The notes below the pieces were generated by a model. The model did no database searches, was not told the DNA's origin, and saw only the letters and a list, made by a program, of their open reading frames with translations. DNA of 64,000 nucleotides from an uncultured delta proteobacterium (GTDB lineage Bacteria; Desulfobacterota; RBG-13-43-22): contig CAWJJC010000002.1 in NCBI GenBank assembly GCA_963843145.1, positions 32,001 through 96,000 of the forward strand, read 5' to 3'. Position numbers and translations under genes: made by a program. This document shows, one piece after another, positions 41,525-52,339 of the stretch (its first letter is position 1; each line of letters opens with the position of its first letter).

Positions 41525-42784
41525 ATGCATCATTTTCTCTACCGAAAGGGGACCCTTTACGCCGAAGAAGCGGCGATTCCAGCGATCGCCCGGGACGTGG
41601 GCACCCCTTTTTATTTATACAGTTCAGCCACGCTGACCCATCATTTTAAGGCCTTTGACGGGGCCTTCTCCCGGGTACCGCATCTGACCTGTTTTGCGCT
41701 GAAGGCCAACCCCAGCGGGGCGCTTCTTCGTCTCCTGGCAGGCCTGGGAAGCGGGGCGGACATTGTCTCCGGGGGGGAGTTGTACTGCGCCCTGCGGGCC
41801 GGGATTCCTCCCGAAAAGATCGTTTATTCCGGCGTCGGCAAAACCGAGGACGAGATCGCCCTCGCCTTGAAAAAAAAGATCCTGCTGCTTAACGTGGAGT
41901 CGCCGGAAGAGCTGCGGTTGATCGACCGGGTGGCCGCCCGCCTGAAGAAAAAGGCCCCCATCGCCATCCGGGTCAACCCGGATATCGACCCCCAGACCCA
42001 CCCCTATATTTCCACGGGATTGAAGAAAAATAAGTTCGGGATCAATATCCAGGAATCCATCCACCAATATCGATTGGCCCGGGAGTTGCCTCATATCGAA
42101 ATCCGGGGGGTGGACTGCCATATAGGTTCCCAATTGCTGAAGACCGATCCTTTTTTGGAGGCCGTAAAAAAATTGAAGAAATTGATTCAGCAATTGACCG
42201 AATGGGGAATTCGGATTCGCTATCTGGACCTGGGAGGAGGGCTGGGCATCACCTATGACCAGGAAGAACCTCCCCAGCCGCGGGACTACGCCCGATCCAT
42301 CATTCAGGAATTGGGCCGGGGACCGTATACCCTGATACTGGAGCCGGGCCGGGTCCTGGTCGGAAATGCCGGGATTCTAGTCACTCGGGTTTTGTATCTC
42401 AAGAAGGGGGAGGAGAAAAATTTTATTGTGGTGGACGCCGGGATGAATGACCTGCTCCGGCCGTCCCTGTACGGTTCCTTTCACCTCATTCAGCCGGTAG
42501 TCAAAAGCCGGCGCCGGAAAATTACGGCCGATGTGGTTGGCCCCATCTGTGAAAGCGGAGACTTTCTGGGAAAAGACCGGTCTTTACCTCTGCCCGAGGC
42601 CGGTGATCTGCTGGCCGTGATGAGCGCCGGAGCGTACGGTTTTTCCATGTCCAGCAACTACAATGCCCGGCCCCGGATGGCGGAAGTACTCAGTGAGGGA
42701 AAGAAATATCATGTGATTCGCCGCAGGGAAACGTACGCGAACCTGGTGGCCAGAGAACAGATCCCGGAATTTTTGAAAAAATGA
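41525..42784 (+). CDS. lysA: diaminopimelate decarboxylase
   Basis: ALKAN, HIGSQ, EPGR, GPICESGD, GAYG. Confidence 0.97.
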   Translation: MHHFLYRKGTLYAEEAAIPAIARDVGTPFYLYSSATLTHHFKAFDGAFSRVPHLTCFALKANPSGALLRLLAGLGSGADIVSGGELYCALRAGIPPEKIVYSGVGKTEDEIALALKKKILLLNVESPEELRLIDRVAARLKKKAPIAIRVNPDIDPQTHPYISTGLKKNKFGINIQESIHQYRLARELPHIEIRGVDCHIGSQLLKTDPFLEAVKKLKKLIQQLTEWGIRIRYLDLGGGLGITYDQEEPPQPRDYARSIIQELGRGPYTLILEPGRVLVGNAGILVTRVLYLKKGEEKNFIVVDAGMNDLLRPSLYGSFHLIQPVVKSRRRKITADVVGPICESGDFLGKDRSLPLPEAGDLLAVMSAGAYGFSMSSNYNARPRMAEVLSEGKKYHVIRRRETYANLVAREQIPEFLKK

Positions 42785-43611
42785 CCAACAATCTACCCAT
42801 AACTAAAATGAGCGGCTCGGGGAATGATTTTATCCTCTTCGACCACCGGACCAGACAATTTGACGACGCGGCGATGGTCGGGCTGACCCGTCTTCTCTGT
42901 CGGCGGGGATTAGCGGTCGGGGCCGACGGGATGATATTTATCGAGCCTTCGGAACGATACGATTTTAAATGGCGGTTCTTCAACGCCGACGGCAGCGAAG
43001 CCGAGATGTGCGGTAACGGGGGCCGGTGCGCGGCGCGTTTTGCCCATCTGCTGGGTATGGCCGGCACCGAAATGACCTTCGAAACCCTTGCCGGTCCCAT
43101 TCAGGCCCGGGTAGCAGGCCGCGTCGTTAAACTGCAACTCCCGGTCCCCAGGGACATCCGCATGAATCAGGATATTGGGTTGGGGGACTGGCCGCATCCC
43201 GTCGATTTTATCAACACCGGGGTCCCGCACACGCTCCTCTGGGTGGAGGAGATAGATGCAGTGGATATCTCCGCGCTCGGTCCGCAAATCCGATTTCATC
43301 CCCATTTCCAACCGGCCGGGACCAACGTGAACTTTGTCCGGCGGGAGGAGGACAACACCCTTTCCTTGCGCACCTATGAGCGGGGGGTGGAGGCCGAGAC
43401 CCTGGCCTGCGGCACGGGAGCGGTGGCCGCGGCTTCCATCGCCTATCGGAGAGGGTGGCTCCGATCGCCCGTAGCGGTCCGGACCCGCGGGGGGGAGATT
43501 TTGGTGGTCCACCTAGAAGAGGATGGGAGCGGTGGGATGGGGGCCGTGTATCTGGAAGGAATGGTGACCCTGGTCTTCCGGGGAGAGGTATTCCCGGAGG
43601 TCCTGGAATAA
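42781..43611 (+). CDS. dapF: diaminopimelate epimerase
   Basis: GSGNDF, EMCGNG, GVPH, ERGVEAETLACGTG. Confidence 0.97.
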   Translation: MTNNLPITKMSGSGNDFILFDHRTRQFDDAAMVGLTRLLCRRGLAVGADGMIFIEPSERYDFKWRFFNADGSEAEMCGNGGRCAARFAHLLGMAGTEMTFETLAGPIQARVAGRVVKLQLPVPRDIRMNQDIGLGDWPHPVDFINTGVPHTLLWVEEIDAVDISALGPQIRFHPHFQPAGTNVNFVRREEDNTLSLRTYERGVEAETLACGTGAVAAASIAYRRGWLRSPVAVRTRGGEILVVHLEEDGSGGMGAVYLEGMVTLVFRGEVFPEVLE

Positions 43612-43617
43612 AGACGC

Positions 43618-43937
43618 TTCGCCTTTTTGGGTGGGTACCTCACAGATCTGGGTTGGCCGTCTGGTCTCGGCGAAAGGGTTTTCCAAAGGTACTCCGGACT
43701 TCGAACCCGGGCCTAAATTACTAATTTTATTTGAAGCAGGCCCAAACTCAGAGGCTTTTGTTGCTTCCCGGGCTGGCCCTGCCTCCGTGAAGATTTAGAA
43801 ACATAGGGGCCGGGTTAGAACCTATAAAGGCCCGCCTAGGCGGGCTGGAAAACCCTTTCGCCAAGACCAGATGGCCACGAAGGCCTGATTTCAGTCTAAT
43901 CTAACAGATATTGTGGCCACCCACCCAAAAGGGCGAA
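43618..43937. repeat. 320-bp long imperfect palindrome / MITE-like element
   Basis: Terminal ttcgcctttttgggtgggt / acccacccaaaagggcgaa and inner tggccgtctggtctcggcgaaagggttttcca / tggaaaaccctttcgccaagaccagatggcca. Confidence 0.85.
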
Positions 43938-43979
43938 CAACCGGAATAGAAAGTGCGAAGCGACAAAAGGAGTAAGGCG

Positions 43980-44798
43980 ATGATCAAGACCATTGTTACC
44001 GGGGCCGGCGGGAGGATGGGGGGCATAATTATCCGACTGATCCAGGAAAGTCCGGATATGGTCCTATCCGGGGCCTTGGAAAAGGAAGGACATCCCGCCG
44101 TCGGTCAGGATCTGGGCGAATGGCTGGGGCTGGGGAAAATGAATCTGCCCATCGTTTCCAAGCTTGAAAAATTGATTCCCGGAGGAGAGGTCATTATCGA
44201 TTTCACCTTTCATTCCGCTTCGATGGAACATATCCGTCTGGCCGCCGCCGGTCAAACCCCGATAGTGATCGGCAGCACCGGGTTTACCTCAGAAGAAATG
44301 GAGGAGGTCCGGCGGTTGAGCCAACAAGTCCCCTGTGTGCTGGCGCCCAACATGAGCGTGGGGGTCAATGCCTTGTTCAAAATCGTGGGGGACCTGGCCC
44401 GGATTTTAGGGGAGGGGTACGACCTGGAAATCCTCGAGGTACACCACAAAATGAAAAAAGATGCGCCCAGCGGGACCGCCTTAAAGCTGGCCCAGATTCT
44501 GGCCGAGGCCCGCTCGCTGGATCTGAATCAAGCGGCCGTCTATGCGCGCCAAGGGATCATCGGGGAACGCAAGCCGGATGAAATCGGTATCCAAACCTTC
44601 CGGGCCGGGGATATCATCGGAGAACATACGGTGCTATTCGGCGGGATGGGGGAGCGGATCGAGATCACCCATCGGGCCCACAACCGGGATACTTTTGCCC
44701 GGGGCGCCCTGCGGGCGGCCCGTTGGCTGATCGGAAAGCCGAACGGGTTGTACGACATGCAAGAGGTGCTGGGGCTTAAAGGACCGGATTATGCCTAA
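43980..44798 (+). CDS. dapB: 4-hydroxy-tetrahydrodipicolinate reductase
   Basis: GAGGRMG, IDFT, EVHHKMKKDAPSGTA. Confidence 0.97.
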   Translation: MIKTIVTGAGGRMGGIIIRLIQESPDMVLSGALEKEGHPAVGQDLGEWLGLGKMNLPIVSKLEKLIPGGEVIIDFTFHSASMEHIRLAAAGQTPIVIGSTGFTSEEMEEVRRLSQQVPCVLAPNMSVGVNALFKIVGDLARILGEGYDLEILEVHHKMKKDAPSGTALKLAQILAEARSLDLNQAAVYARQGIIGERKPDEIGIQTFRAGDIIGEHTVLFGGMGERIEITHRAHNRDTFARGALRAARWLIGKPNGLYDMQEVLGLKGPDYA

Positions 44799-45573
44799 AT
44801 TCATACGCTATCTTTATCAGGAAAAAGAAGCCTACGGACTCCTGGAGAGCGAGGATCGAATCCGCCGGATTTCAGGGGATCCGTTCAGTGGCTATCAACC
44901 TGCCGGGGGGGCGTTGGCCCTGGCGGAGATTGAAATTCTACCTCCCTGCCGTCCCAGCAAGATCATTGCCGTGGGTCTGAACTACCGGGACCATGCCCGG
45001 GAATTCAATCTGGAAGTGCCGGCGGAACCCCTGATTTTCATGAAACCACCCTCGGCGGTCATCGCCGCTAACGAAAAGATCATTGTCCCGGCCATGAGCC
45101 GGCAGGTCGATTACGAAGCCGAATTGGCGGTCATTATCGGCCGAAGCTGTCGAAATGTCTCCCGGGAAGAGGCTTTTTTAACCATCCTGGGGTATGCCTG
45201 TCTGAATGATGTCACCGCCCGGGATCTGCAAACCAAAGACGGGCAATGGACCCGGGCCAAGAGTTTTGATACCTTCTGCCCGATCGGCCCCTGCCTGGTG
45301 ACCGGGATCGATCCCGGGGATCTGGCCGTCCAGTCTTACTTGAACGGAGAACTGCGCCAATCCTCCCGGACGAGCCAGTTGATTTTTCCCGTCCCGGAAC
45401 TGGTGGCGTTTATCTCCCGGGTCATGACCCTCTATCCGGGCGATATTATTTCCACGGGTACCCCCTCAGGCGTGGGCCCCATGAAAGCCGGAGACACTAT
45501 CGAAATCAGGGTTGAAAAAGTGGGGCGGCTGATCAATACCGTGGCGGCTGAAGGAACCCTTACAAATCGATAA
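44791..45573 (+). CDS. fumarylacetoacetate hydrolase family protein
   Basis: GLNYRDH, DYEAEL, NDVTARD, KSFDTF, TGTPSGVG. Confidence 0.93.
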   Translation: MPKFIRYLYQEKEAYGLLESEDRIRRISGDPFSGYQPAGGALALAEIEILPPCRPSKIIAVGLNYRDHAREFNLEVPAEPLIFMKPPSAVIAANEKIIVPAMSRQVDYEAELAVIIGRSCRNVSREEAFLTILGYACLNDVTARDLQTKDGQWTRAKSFDTFCPIGPCLVTGIDPGDLAVQSYLNGELRQSSRTSQLIFPVPELVAFISRVMTLYPGDIISTGTPSGVGPMKAGDTIEIRVEKVGRLINTVAAEGTLTNR

Positions 45574-45618
45574 CCAATAATCAATTATTAATTGTTAATG
45601 AAGGAGACTTTGTCTAAA

Positions 45619-46788
45619 ATGGATTGGATAACCAAGGCCGAGCGGCTGCAGCAGTTGCCGCCCTATTTGTTCATGGAAATTGACCGTTTAAAGGCCGAGG
45701 TCCGGGCTAAGGGGGTGGATATTATCGACCTGGGAGTTGGTGATCCGGACCTGCCCACCCCGGAGCACATTCTGAAGCGACTGATTGAAGCGAGCCAGGA
45801 CCCCGCGAACCATCGTTATCCCTCCTATTCCGGGATGAATGACTTTCGAAGATCGGTAGCGGCCTGGTACCAACGCCGCTTTAACGTCACCTTGGACCCG
45901 GTGGAGGAGGTGGTCACCCTGATCGGTTCCAAGGAAGGGATCGCCCATTTCCCCCTGGCCTTCATCAATCCCGGTGACTACGCCCTGATGACCAGCCCCG
46001 GCTATCCGGTTTATTTCAGCGGGACCTTGTTTGCCGGAGGCCGGTCCTATTTCCTGCCTTTACGAAAAGAGAATCATTTCCTGCCCGATTTATCCCAAAT
46101 TCCGGGGGAAGTGCTTCGGCAGACCAAGGTCCTGTTCATCAATTACCCGAATAACCCTACGGGGGCGGTGGCCGACCGGTCTTTCTTTGAAGCGGTGGTG
46201 GCCTTCGCCCGGGAACACCGGATCATCGTCGGCCACGATGCCGCTTATTCGGAGATCGCCTATGACGGCTACCGGCCCTTAAGTTTTCTGGAGGTCCCGG
46301 GGGCCAAAGAGGTGGGGCTCGAGTTTCATTCCCTGTCCAAGACCTACAATATGACCGGCTGGCGCATCGGGTTTGCCGTAGGTAATGCCCAACTGATCGG
46401 CGGTTTGAGCCAGGTCAAAAGCAACATTGATTCCGGGGTCCCCCAGGCCATCCAATGGGCGGGTATTGAGGCACTGGAAGGTCCCCAATCCTGCCTGGAG
46501 GAAATGTTGACCGTTTATCGGATACGTCGGGATCTGATGGTCCGGGGATTACGACAAATCGGCTTGTCGCTCGATTCCCCTCAGGCCTCCTTCTATTTGT
46601 GGGTGGAAGTCCCCAAAGGATATACTTCCGCGCAGGCCAGCCTGCATTTGCTCCAGGAGGCCGGCATCGTGACCACTCCGGGCAACGGTTTTGGGGACCC
46701 GGGAGAAGGCTATTTTCGTATATCGCTGACTGTCTCCCAGGAAAGATTGGAGGAGGCGGTCGACCGCCTTAGTCGGGTCGGATTTTAA
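45619..46788 (+). CDS. dapL: LL-diaminopimelate aminotransferase-like
   Basis: [34 protein letters not shown]; located in the dap cluster. Confidence 0.8.
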   Translation: MDWITKAERLQQLPPYLFMEIDRLKAEVRAKGVDIIDLGVGDPDLPTPEHILKRLIEASQDPANHRYPSYSGMNDFRRSVAAWYQRRFNVTLDPVEEVVTLIGSKEGIAHFPLAFINPGDYALMTSPGYPVYFSGTLFAGGRSYFLPLRKENHFLPDLSQIPGEVLRQTKVLFINYPNNPTGAVADRSFFEAVVAFAREHRIIVGHDAAYSEIAYDGYRPLSFLEVPGAKEVGLEFHSLSKTYNMTGWRIGFAVGNAQLIGGLSQVKSNIDSGVPQAIQWAGIEALEGPQSCLEEMLTVYRIRRDLMVRGLRQIGLSLDSPQASFYLWVEVPKGYTSAQASLHLLQEAGIVTTPGNGFGDPGEGYFRISLTVSQERLEEAVDRLSRVGF

Positions 46789-47293
46789 TGGGCCGCCATC
46801 GGGTTTTCATTGCCCTGGGGTCCAACCGGGGGAATAAAAAAAAAATTGCGAACAGGCCCTGGAATGGCTGACTGAGGGACCCAATAATCGTATTTTGCGG
46901 AAATCCTCCTGGTACCTGACCCGTCCGGTGGGGTTGGACGATCCGGAATGGTTCATCAATGGGGTTATTCTACTGGAAACCGGGCAGTCGCCGAGGGAAC
47001 TGTTGGAAACACTGCTGAAAATTGAAAGCCGGCTGGGCCGGGAGCGGACCATAAAATGGGGTCCTCGGACCATGGACTTGGATATCCTGTTTTTTGATGA
47101 TCGGGTGATTCGGGAGGTCGACCTGGTCATCCCGCATCCCGAACTGGAAAAAAGACGCTTTGTGTTGGACCCTTTGGAGGAAATTGCCCCCGATCTGATT
47201 CATCCGGGGTTTAATAAAACCATCAAGGAATTAAAGATAGGTCTGGAGACCGGCGGGCAGGAGATTATGAAATTGCCGGTAGTTAAGGAATAA
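46788..47293 (+). CDS. folK: 2-amino-4-hydroxy-6-hydroxymethyldihydropteridine diphosphokinase (frameshift in A10 at 46836)
   Basis: FIALGSNRG, then KWGPRTMDLDIL, IPHP, RRFVL in another frame. Confidence 0.92.
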
Positions 47294-47366
47294 GCACCAC
47301 TTAGTTCGAAATTTGGATTTTCCAACCAAGAAAATTGAATAATTGGTTAGATTTTTGGTTTAAATA

Positions 47367-47639
47367 ATGCTGAAATGGATTATAATTTTAATTGCGCTTT
47401 ATCTGGCCTACCGGTTTGTCCGCCGAAGCGTGATTATTAAAGCACCCCCGGGAAAAAGTGCGCCGGCGGAAATACAGGACGAGATGGTTCAGGACCCGGT
47501 CTGCAAAACGTATGTGCCCAAGCGACTGGCCCTGGAAGGGAGCCGGTCAGACGGAATGAAGGTTTATTTTTGCAGCCCGGAATGTCGGGATAACTATTTA
47601 ATTAAAGAAAAAACCGCCGCAACCGAAAAGAAGGAATAG
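47367..47639 (+). CDS. YHS/TRASH-domain membrane protein
   Basis: N-terminal [22 protein letters not shown]. Confidence 0.8.
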   Translation: MLKWIIILIALYLAYRFVRRSVIIKAPPGKSAPAEIQDEMVQDPVCKTYVPKRLALEGSRSDGMKVYFCSPECRDNYLIKEKTAATEKKE

Positions 47640-47656
47640 GCCGGAAAGGGTTCGAA

Positions 47657-48307
47657 ATGAAATTTTTTATTGATAGCGCCAACTTGAAAGAGATTGAAGC
47701 CGCCGTGGAACTGGGCCTGGTGGATGGCGTCACGACTAATCCCAGCCTGCTTTCCCAGGAACAGGGTAAGCCTCTGGAAATATTTAAAAAAATATGTCAA
47801 AGGGTCAACGGACCGGTCAATGCCGAAGTGGTTTCGGAGGAAGCCCCGGGGATGATTAAAGAGGGCCAATCCCTGGCCCGGATTCATAAAAACATCTGTG
47901 TGAAGATTCCCATGACCACGGAAGGCCTGAAGGCGGTAAAAAAACTTTCCGGTCTAGGGATTCCGACCAACGTTACGCTGATTTTTTCACCGATCCAGGC
48001 CCTACTGGCCGCCAAGGCCGGGGCGGCCTATGTCAGCCCCTTCGTCGGACGCCTGGATGATATCGCTCAGGATGGTATGGAACTGGTCGATCAGATCGTG
48101 ACCATTTATAATAATTACGGCTTTGAAACCGAAGTTATCGTCGCTTCCGTACGAAATCCGGTCCATGTTCTGACCGCGGCCCTGATGGGGGCCGATATTG
48201 CCACCATTCCCTATAAGGTCCTCATTCAATTAGCCAATCATCCCTTGACCACCATCGGCCTGAAGAAATTTTTGGAAGATTGGAATAAAATCCCGAAAAA
48301 AAAATAG
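47657..48307 (+). CDS. fsa: transaldolase / fructose-6-phosphate aldolase
   Basis: [22 protein letters not shown]. Confidence 0.93.
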   Translation: MKFFIDSANLKEIEAAVELGLVDGVTTNPSLLSQEQGKPLEIFKKICQRVNGPVNAEVVSEEAPGMIKEGQSLARIHKNICVKIPMTTEGLKAVKKLSGLGIPTNVTLIFSPIQALLAAKAGAAYVSPFVGRLDDIAQDGMELVDQIVTIYNNYGFETEVIVASVRNPVHVLTAALMGADIATIPYKVLIQLANHPLTTIGLKKFLEDWNKIPKKK

Positions 48308-48311
48308 CCCT

Positions 48312-48968
48312 ATGAGCAATAAAGTCCGATTCACAGCCGTTATTTTTACTCTGTTGACTCTCCTCGCGGTCTTCCTGCCCGTCCCCTCCCGGGGGGATAT
48401 TTATCGGCATCAGGACGAGAACGGCGTCATCTATTTTACCAATGTGCCGAACGATTCCCGATACCGGCTATTTTTGAAGGAGGTTCAAAAGGCGACCGGG
48501 ACAGTTCCGGGTAAGGTGTCCGCCAAAGGGCTGCCTCCCCTCATGCCCGCGTACGCCCATTATCTGCCCGAGATAGGCCAGCACATTGCGGAGGCCGCCA
48601 AATACTATGAACTGGACCAGAAGTTGATCCAGGCCGTCATCCAGGTGGAATCCAATAACAACCCCCTAGCGGTTTCCCCGAAAGGGGCGCAGGGGCTGAT
48701 GCAGCTTATGCCCGGAACGGCCAAGGACCTCCAGGTGGGAGATCCTTTTAACCCCCGGGAGAATATTAACGGCGGCTCCCGCTATTTGCGTTACCTGCTG
48801 GATCTGTTCAACAACAACCTGGATCTGGCTTTAGCCGCCTATAACGCCGGGCCGGAACGGGTGAACCAGCATCGGGGCATTCCTCCCTACCTGGAAACCC
48901 GCAATTATGTTCAGAAGGTGATGCAAAAATATCACTCCTTAAAAGGGGATGTTCCTTCTTCCTGGTAA
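48312..48968 (+). CDS. SLT-domain lytic transglycosylase
   Basis: [24 protein letters not shown]. Confidence 0.93.
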   Translation: MSNKVRFTAVIFTLLTLLAVFLPVPSRGDIYRHQDENGVIYFTNVPNDSRYRLFLKEVQKATGTVPGKVSAKGLPPLMPAYAHYLPEIGQHIAEAAKYYELDQKLIQAVIQVESNNNPLAVSPKGAQGLMQLMPGTAKDLQVGDPFNPRENINGGSRYLRYLLDLFNNNLDLALAAYNAGPERVNQHRGIPPYLETRNYVQKVMQKYHSLKGDVPSSW

Positions 48969-49577
48969 ATGGTGAGCCTCGTGTCACCGAACGGCTCCCG
49001 GCCTTCCTCCGACCCCTCGGTAGTTAATCTTTCCAATTCCCTGACGGTCCTGCGGATCGTGGCGATTCCCTTTATCCTGGTTTTGATGCAGGCGGATACC
49101 CCCCCGTCCGGTCTTTACGCCACCGGAGTTTTCATCGCGGCCTTTATTACCGATTGGTTGGACGGTTTTATCGCCCGGAAGAAAAATCAGGTCACCCGGT
49201 TCGGCAAGATGTTAGACCCCCTGGCCGATAAATTGCTTATCGGCAGCGCGCTCATTATGTTAATTAGTCTGGATCGGGTGCCGGTCTGGATGGTCATTGT
49301 GATTATCAGCCGAGAGATCGCCGTAACCTGGCTCAGGGCCAGCCTGGCCGGGAAAGGGTTCATTCTGGCCGCCGACCGCTGGGGGAAAAACAAGACCTTT
49401 TTTCAGGCCCTGTCCCTGATCCCACTGATCATTTATTATCCCTATTTCGGCCTGGACCTTCACCGGGTGGGCATGGTGTTTCTCTGGATCGCCCTGGCGC
49501 TGACGGTCTGGTCCGGCCTGCTTTATTTTTATCGCTATTTTCCGATGCTGATGGGGGGAAACGGGAAAAGTACCTAG
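48969..49577 (+). CDS. pgsA: CDP-diacylglycerol--glycerol-3-phosphate 3-phosphatidyltransferase
   Basis: TDWLDGFIAR..GKMLDPLADK. Confidence 0.95.
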   Translation: MVSLVSPNGSRPSSDPSVVNLSNSLTVLRIVAIPFILVLMQADTPPSGLYATGVFIAAFITDWLDGFIARKKNQVTRFGKMLDPLADKLLIGSALIMLISLDRVPVWMVIVIISREIAVTWLRASLAGKGFILAADRWGKNKTFFQALSLIPLIIYYPYFGLDLHRVGMVFLWIALALTVWSGLLYFYRYFPMLMGGNGKST

Positions 49578-49667
49578 CCAAAAATATTTGAAATATTTTT
49601 GGCTGAAATAAAAACCACTGCGACAAATTCTCAGAACAATGGATGTCAGAATCTAACGTTTTTTCCT

Positions 49668-49696
49668 TTGACAAAATAAACCGGTTGGCCTATATT
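49668..49696 (+). promoter_or_regulatory. sigma-70 promoter of the tRNA pair
   Basis: TTGACA-17bp-TATATT, 10 bp before tRNA-Gly. Confidence 0.75.
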
Positions 49697-49706
49697 AAGG
49701 GGCTAA

Positions 49707-49781
<75 letters not shown>

Positions 49782-49823
49782 TTTTTTAATTTATTTCCAA
49801 CCTGTTACCCCCTGGAGATCCAG

Positions 49824-49899
49824 GGCGGCATAGCCAAGTGGCTAAGGCAGCGGTCTGCAAAACCGTTATTCACCGGTTCGAGTCCGGTTGCCGCCTCCA
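49824..49899 (+). tRNA. tRNA-Cys (GCA)
   Basis: GGCGGCA..TGCCGCC acceptor stem, anticodon GCA, GGTTCGAGTCC, CCA end. Confidence 0.96.
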
Positions 49900-49904
49900 A
49901 ACAG

Positions 49905-49952
49905 AAATTAAAGAGGGGCTGACCTCTAACGGTCAGCCCCTCTTTAATTTCT
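49905..49952. terminator. bidirectional intrinsic terminator
   Basis: aaattaaagaggggctgacc-tctaac-ggtcagcccctctttaattt. Confidence 0.85.
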
Positions 49953-49995
49953 GTCATCCATTGACTTGAAAGACCTTTTCCCTTAAGATCAACCT

Positions 49996-50850
49996 ATGCG
50001 AAAATGGGTCCTGATCCTGTTGAGCCTCATTTTATCTTGGACCTGGATGTTACTGCCTTCAAGTGCGGAGGTCCAACCGCCGGGACCGCCCTGGAAGGAA
50101 TTGGCCCCGGGGCTTTCCTTTTACCGCTGGCCGGTCCAGTCCCGATCCGAGGCGGTGGTCCTGGACGTCATCACCATCCTGCGCTTTAAACCCGACCAGT
50201 GGGCCTTCAAAGTCTTCTATAGCCACACGCCAAAAACTATTCAGGAATGGCGACTGGCCACCAATGCCCCCATCGTCTGCAACGGGGGATTCTATCAGGA
50301 AGATTTTAAGCCGGCCGGTCGCATCCTGGTCAATGGCGTTTCCATCGGACCCCTGAAGAACAGTTCCATGAAGGGTATGTTTTTGGCTGAACCCAAAAAG
50401 GGATTTGAGCAAATCCCGAAGGCCAGGCTGATTGACCTGAAAGAAGCTTCCAGCGAAGAAACCGCTGCTCAATACGATCAGGGAATCCAATCCTTCCCGA
50501 TTCTGCTGGATCCCAAAGGGCAGGTGCGCGTAAATCCCAGTAATTTCCAGGCCAATCGCACGGTAATTGCCCAGGACCGGCAGGGGAATATCCTGGTCTT
50601 GATTACGGAGAAACCTTATTTTACGCTCTATCAATTGGGACAGTACCTTAAAAAAATGCCCCTCTCCTTGAGTTTCGCCCTAAATCTGGACGGAGGTAAC
50701 CGAACCCAGTTGACCGTTCGGCTTAAAGATTTTAGTTACAAGCATACGGGATTGGAGGGAACTCCGGAAGCCTCTCTTCTTTTTTTTCCGGATGGAACCG
50801 CTAAATTGCCTTCGGTGATCGGGATCTTTCCCCGAGGGGGTGCTTTTTGA
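49996..50850 (+). CDS. phosphodiester glycosidase (NAGPA-like) family exported protein
   Basis: Signal peptide, NGGFY, RTVIA, ALNLDGG. Confidence 0.8.
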   Translation: MRKWVLILLSLILSWTWMLLPSSAEVQPPGPPWKELAPGLSFYRWPVQSRSEAVVLDVITILRFKPDQWAFKVFYSHTPKTIQEWRLATNAPIVCNGGFYQEDFKPAGRILVNGVSIGPLKNSSMKGMFLAEPKKGFEQIPKARLIDLKEASSEETAAQYDQGIQSFPILLDPKGQVRVNPSNFQANRTVIAQDRQGNILVLITEKPYFTLYQLGQYLKKMPLSLSFALNLDGGNRTQLTVRLKDFSYKHTGLEGTPEASLLFFPDGTAKLPSVIGIFPRGGAF

Positions 50851-51488
50851 TTCAGGTTTTTATCGTCGGTTTCGGAAAATTCGGCCAATTGGCCTTGCCG
50901 AAAATCAGTAGGCGGTGGCCCGAAGCCCGGATCTGGATTGTGGATCCGGTCCCGGAACATTTGACTCAGGGTGGGAGATTTTCGGCCGTCAGGGTGCTGG
51001 ATAAAGGAGAGGATTTCCTCTGGAAACATCAGGATCAATTGGCGCCCGAAGATTGGATCATCCCGGCCGTACCCTTTCACCTGGCCGGGGACTGGTTCAA
51101 AAGGGTTCTCTCCCGAAACGGGACGGTCAGGAAAATTAATCCTCCTCGGAATCTGGGCAAGGGATTGCCTTTTACCCTGTATCTCAAAAAGGACTTCTAC
51201 GTCAGCCTGGCGGATTTTGTCTGCCCGGAGAATTGCCCTTCTCCACAGGGAATCTGTTTTAAAACCCGGGACCCGAGGCCCCAACGGCTCCGGGAAATTC
51301 TGGCCGCTCAGCCCTTGTCCCGGGGGACTTTGGAGATCATTGAGAGCCAGCAACTGGCTCCTGGTTTGGGAGGGTTTACTTTCGAGGAATTGAAACGGAC
51401 CGAGGAAATTCTCCGTCGGACCGACCCCCCCTTGTTTCTGGCCACTACCTGTCCCTGTCATGGGGTAATTAGCGGATTTACTTGGTGA
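50847..51488 (+). CDS. hypothetical protein, Rossmann-like N-terminus with Cys-rich C-terminus
   Basis: IVGFGKFG, WIIPAVPFHLA, CPENC..C, IESQQLAPGLGG, TTCPCHG. Confidence 0.7.
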   Translation: MIQVFIVGFGKFGQLALPKISRRWPEARIWIVDPVPEHLTQGGRFSAVRVLDKGEDFLWKHQDQLAPEDWIIPAVPFHLAGDWFKRVLSRNGTVRKINPPRNLGKGLPFTLYLKKDFYVSLADFVCPENCPSPQGICFKTRDPRPQRLREILAAQPLSRGTLEIIESQQLAPGLGGFTFEELKRTEEILRRTDPPLFLATTCPCHGVISGFTW

Positions 51489-51603
51489 CTTGAATCGCTT
51501 TCCCTTGACTTTTCGTCGGCCAACTGCTATTCATCTATTTAAATTTAATTGAAATTTTCAAGCGAACCGTAACAAAATTCTTGTACAGGAAAGGAGTCTT
51601 ATC

Positions 51604-52083
51604 ATGAGAATTTTTTCAGGCAGAGGGTATGTAGGACTGGCTGTTTTAGGGTTGACCTTGATCGCCTTTCTCTCGGGGTGCGGCAGTGTCTTGCAGGAAC
51701 AGAAGAAAGAGGGGGCGACCGTCACAGCGCCGCAGGTCTCCAAAAAGGCCGATCTCCCCAATGCCCGCTATTATGACTTTGACGATATCCAAATCCCCAA
51801 TGAACTTTCGATGAATGCCGACAAGTCCAAAATTTTCCAAACCCCTAATATGACCGCCGGTTTGTTGGTCCTGAACGGAAATGTGGATGTGAAATCCCTG
51901 GTCGATTTTTTTAAAGGTAGCATGGCCCGGGACAACTGGCAGATGAAAGGCAATTTTCAACTGCCTCCCAAATCGGTCCTGCTTTTTGAAAAGAAAAACA
52001 AGCGTTGCGTCATCATGATCGAGGACAACACCTTCAGTACCCGGGTGGATGTCTGGTCCATTCCGGTGGCCAGCGGGCAGTAG
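51604..52083 (+). CDS. lipoprotein
   Basis: LSGC lipobox; YYDFDDIQIP. Confidence 0.75.
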   Translation: MRIFSGRGYVGLAVLGLTLIAFLSGCGSVLQEQKKEGATVTAPQVSKKADLPNARYYDFDDIQIPNELSMNADKSKIFQTPNMTAGLLVLNGNVDVKSLVDFFKGSMARDNWQMKGNFQLPPKSVLLFEKKNKRCVIMIEDNTFSTRVDVWSIPVASGQ

Positions 52084-52160
52084 CCGAGTCTGGTAGTGAG
52101 CCTCGAAACCGAGTTTGAGTGTGGCGGTGGCTAAAAATTAGTTGCTTACACAAGGACCTA

Positions 52161-52299
52161 AAAATTCGAAATACGAAGCACGAAATTCGAAACAAGCACG
52201 AAGTTCCAAAATCTCAATGTTCGAAACAGGAACGTTTTGAATTTTAAAATTTGAACATTTGAATTTGTTTCGGATTTCGAAATTCGGATTTCGAGTTTA
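52161..52299. repeat. heptamer-armed palindromic element (CGAAATC family), empty
   Basis: aaattcgaaatacgaagcacgaaattcgaaaca ... tgtttcggatttcgaaattcggatttcgagttt. Confidence 0.85.
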
Positions 52300-52339
52300 A
52301 GCCGAAAAATAAAATATTTTTGGTTAGATACTGGGGAAA

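Noticed and set aside
46836-46845. Phase variation or programmed frameshift in folK (also CDF, argD, molybdoenzyme)
   Set aside because: Single-base indels, mostly at short homopolymers in conserved genes, are better explained by sequencing error.
49824-49995. tRNA-targeted genomic island
   Set aside because: tRNA-Cys is followed by a terminator and ordinary genes; no integrase or duplicated tRNA 3' end seen.
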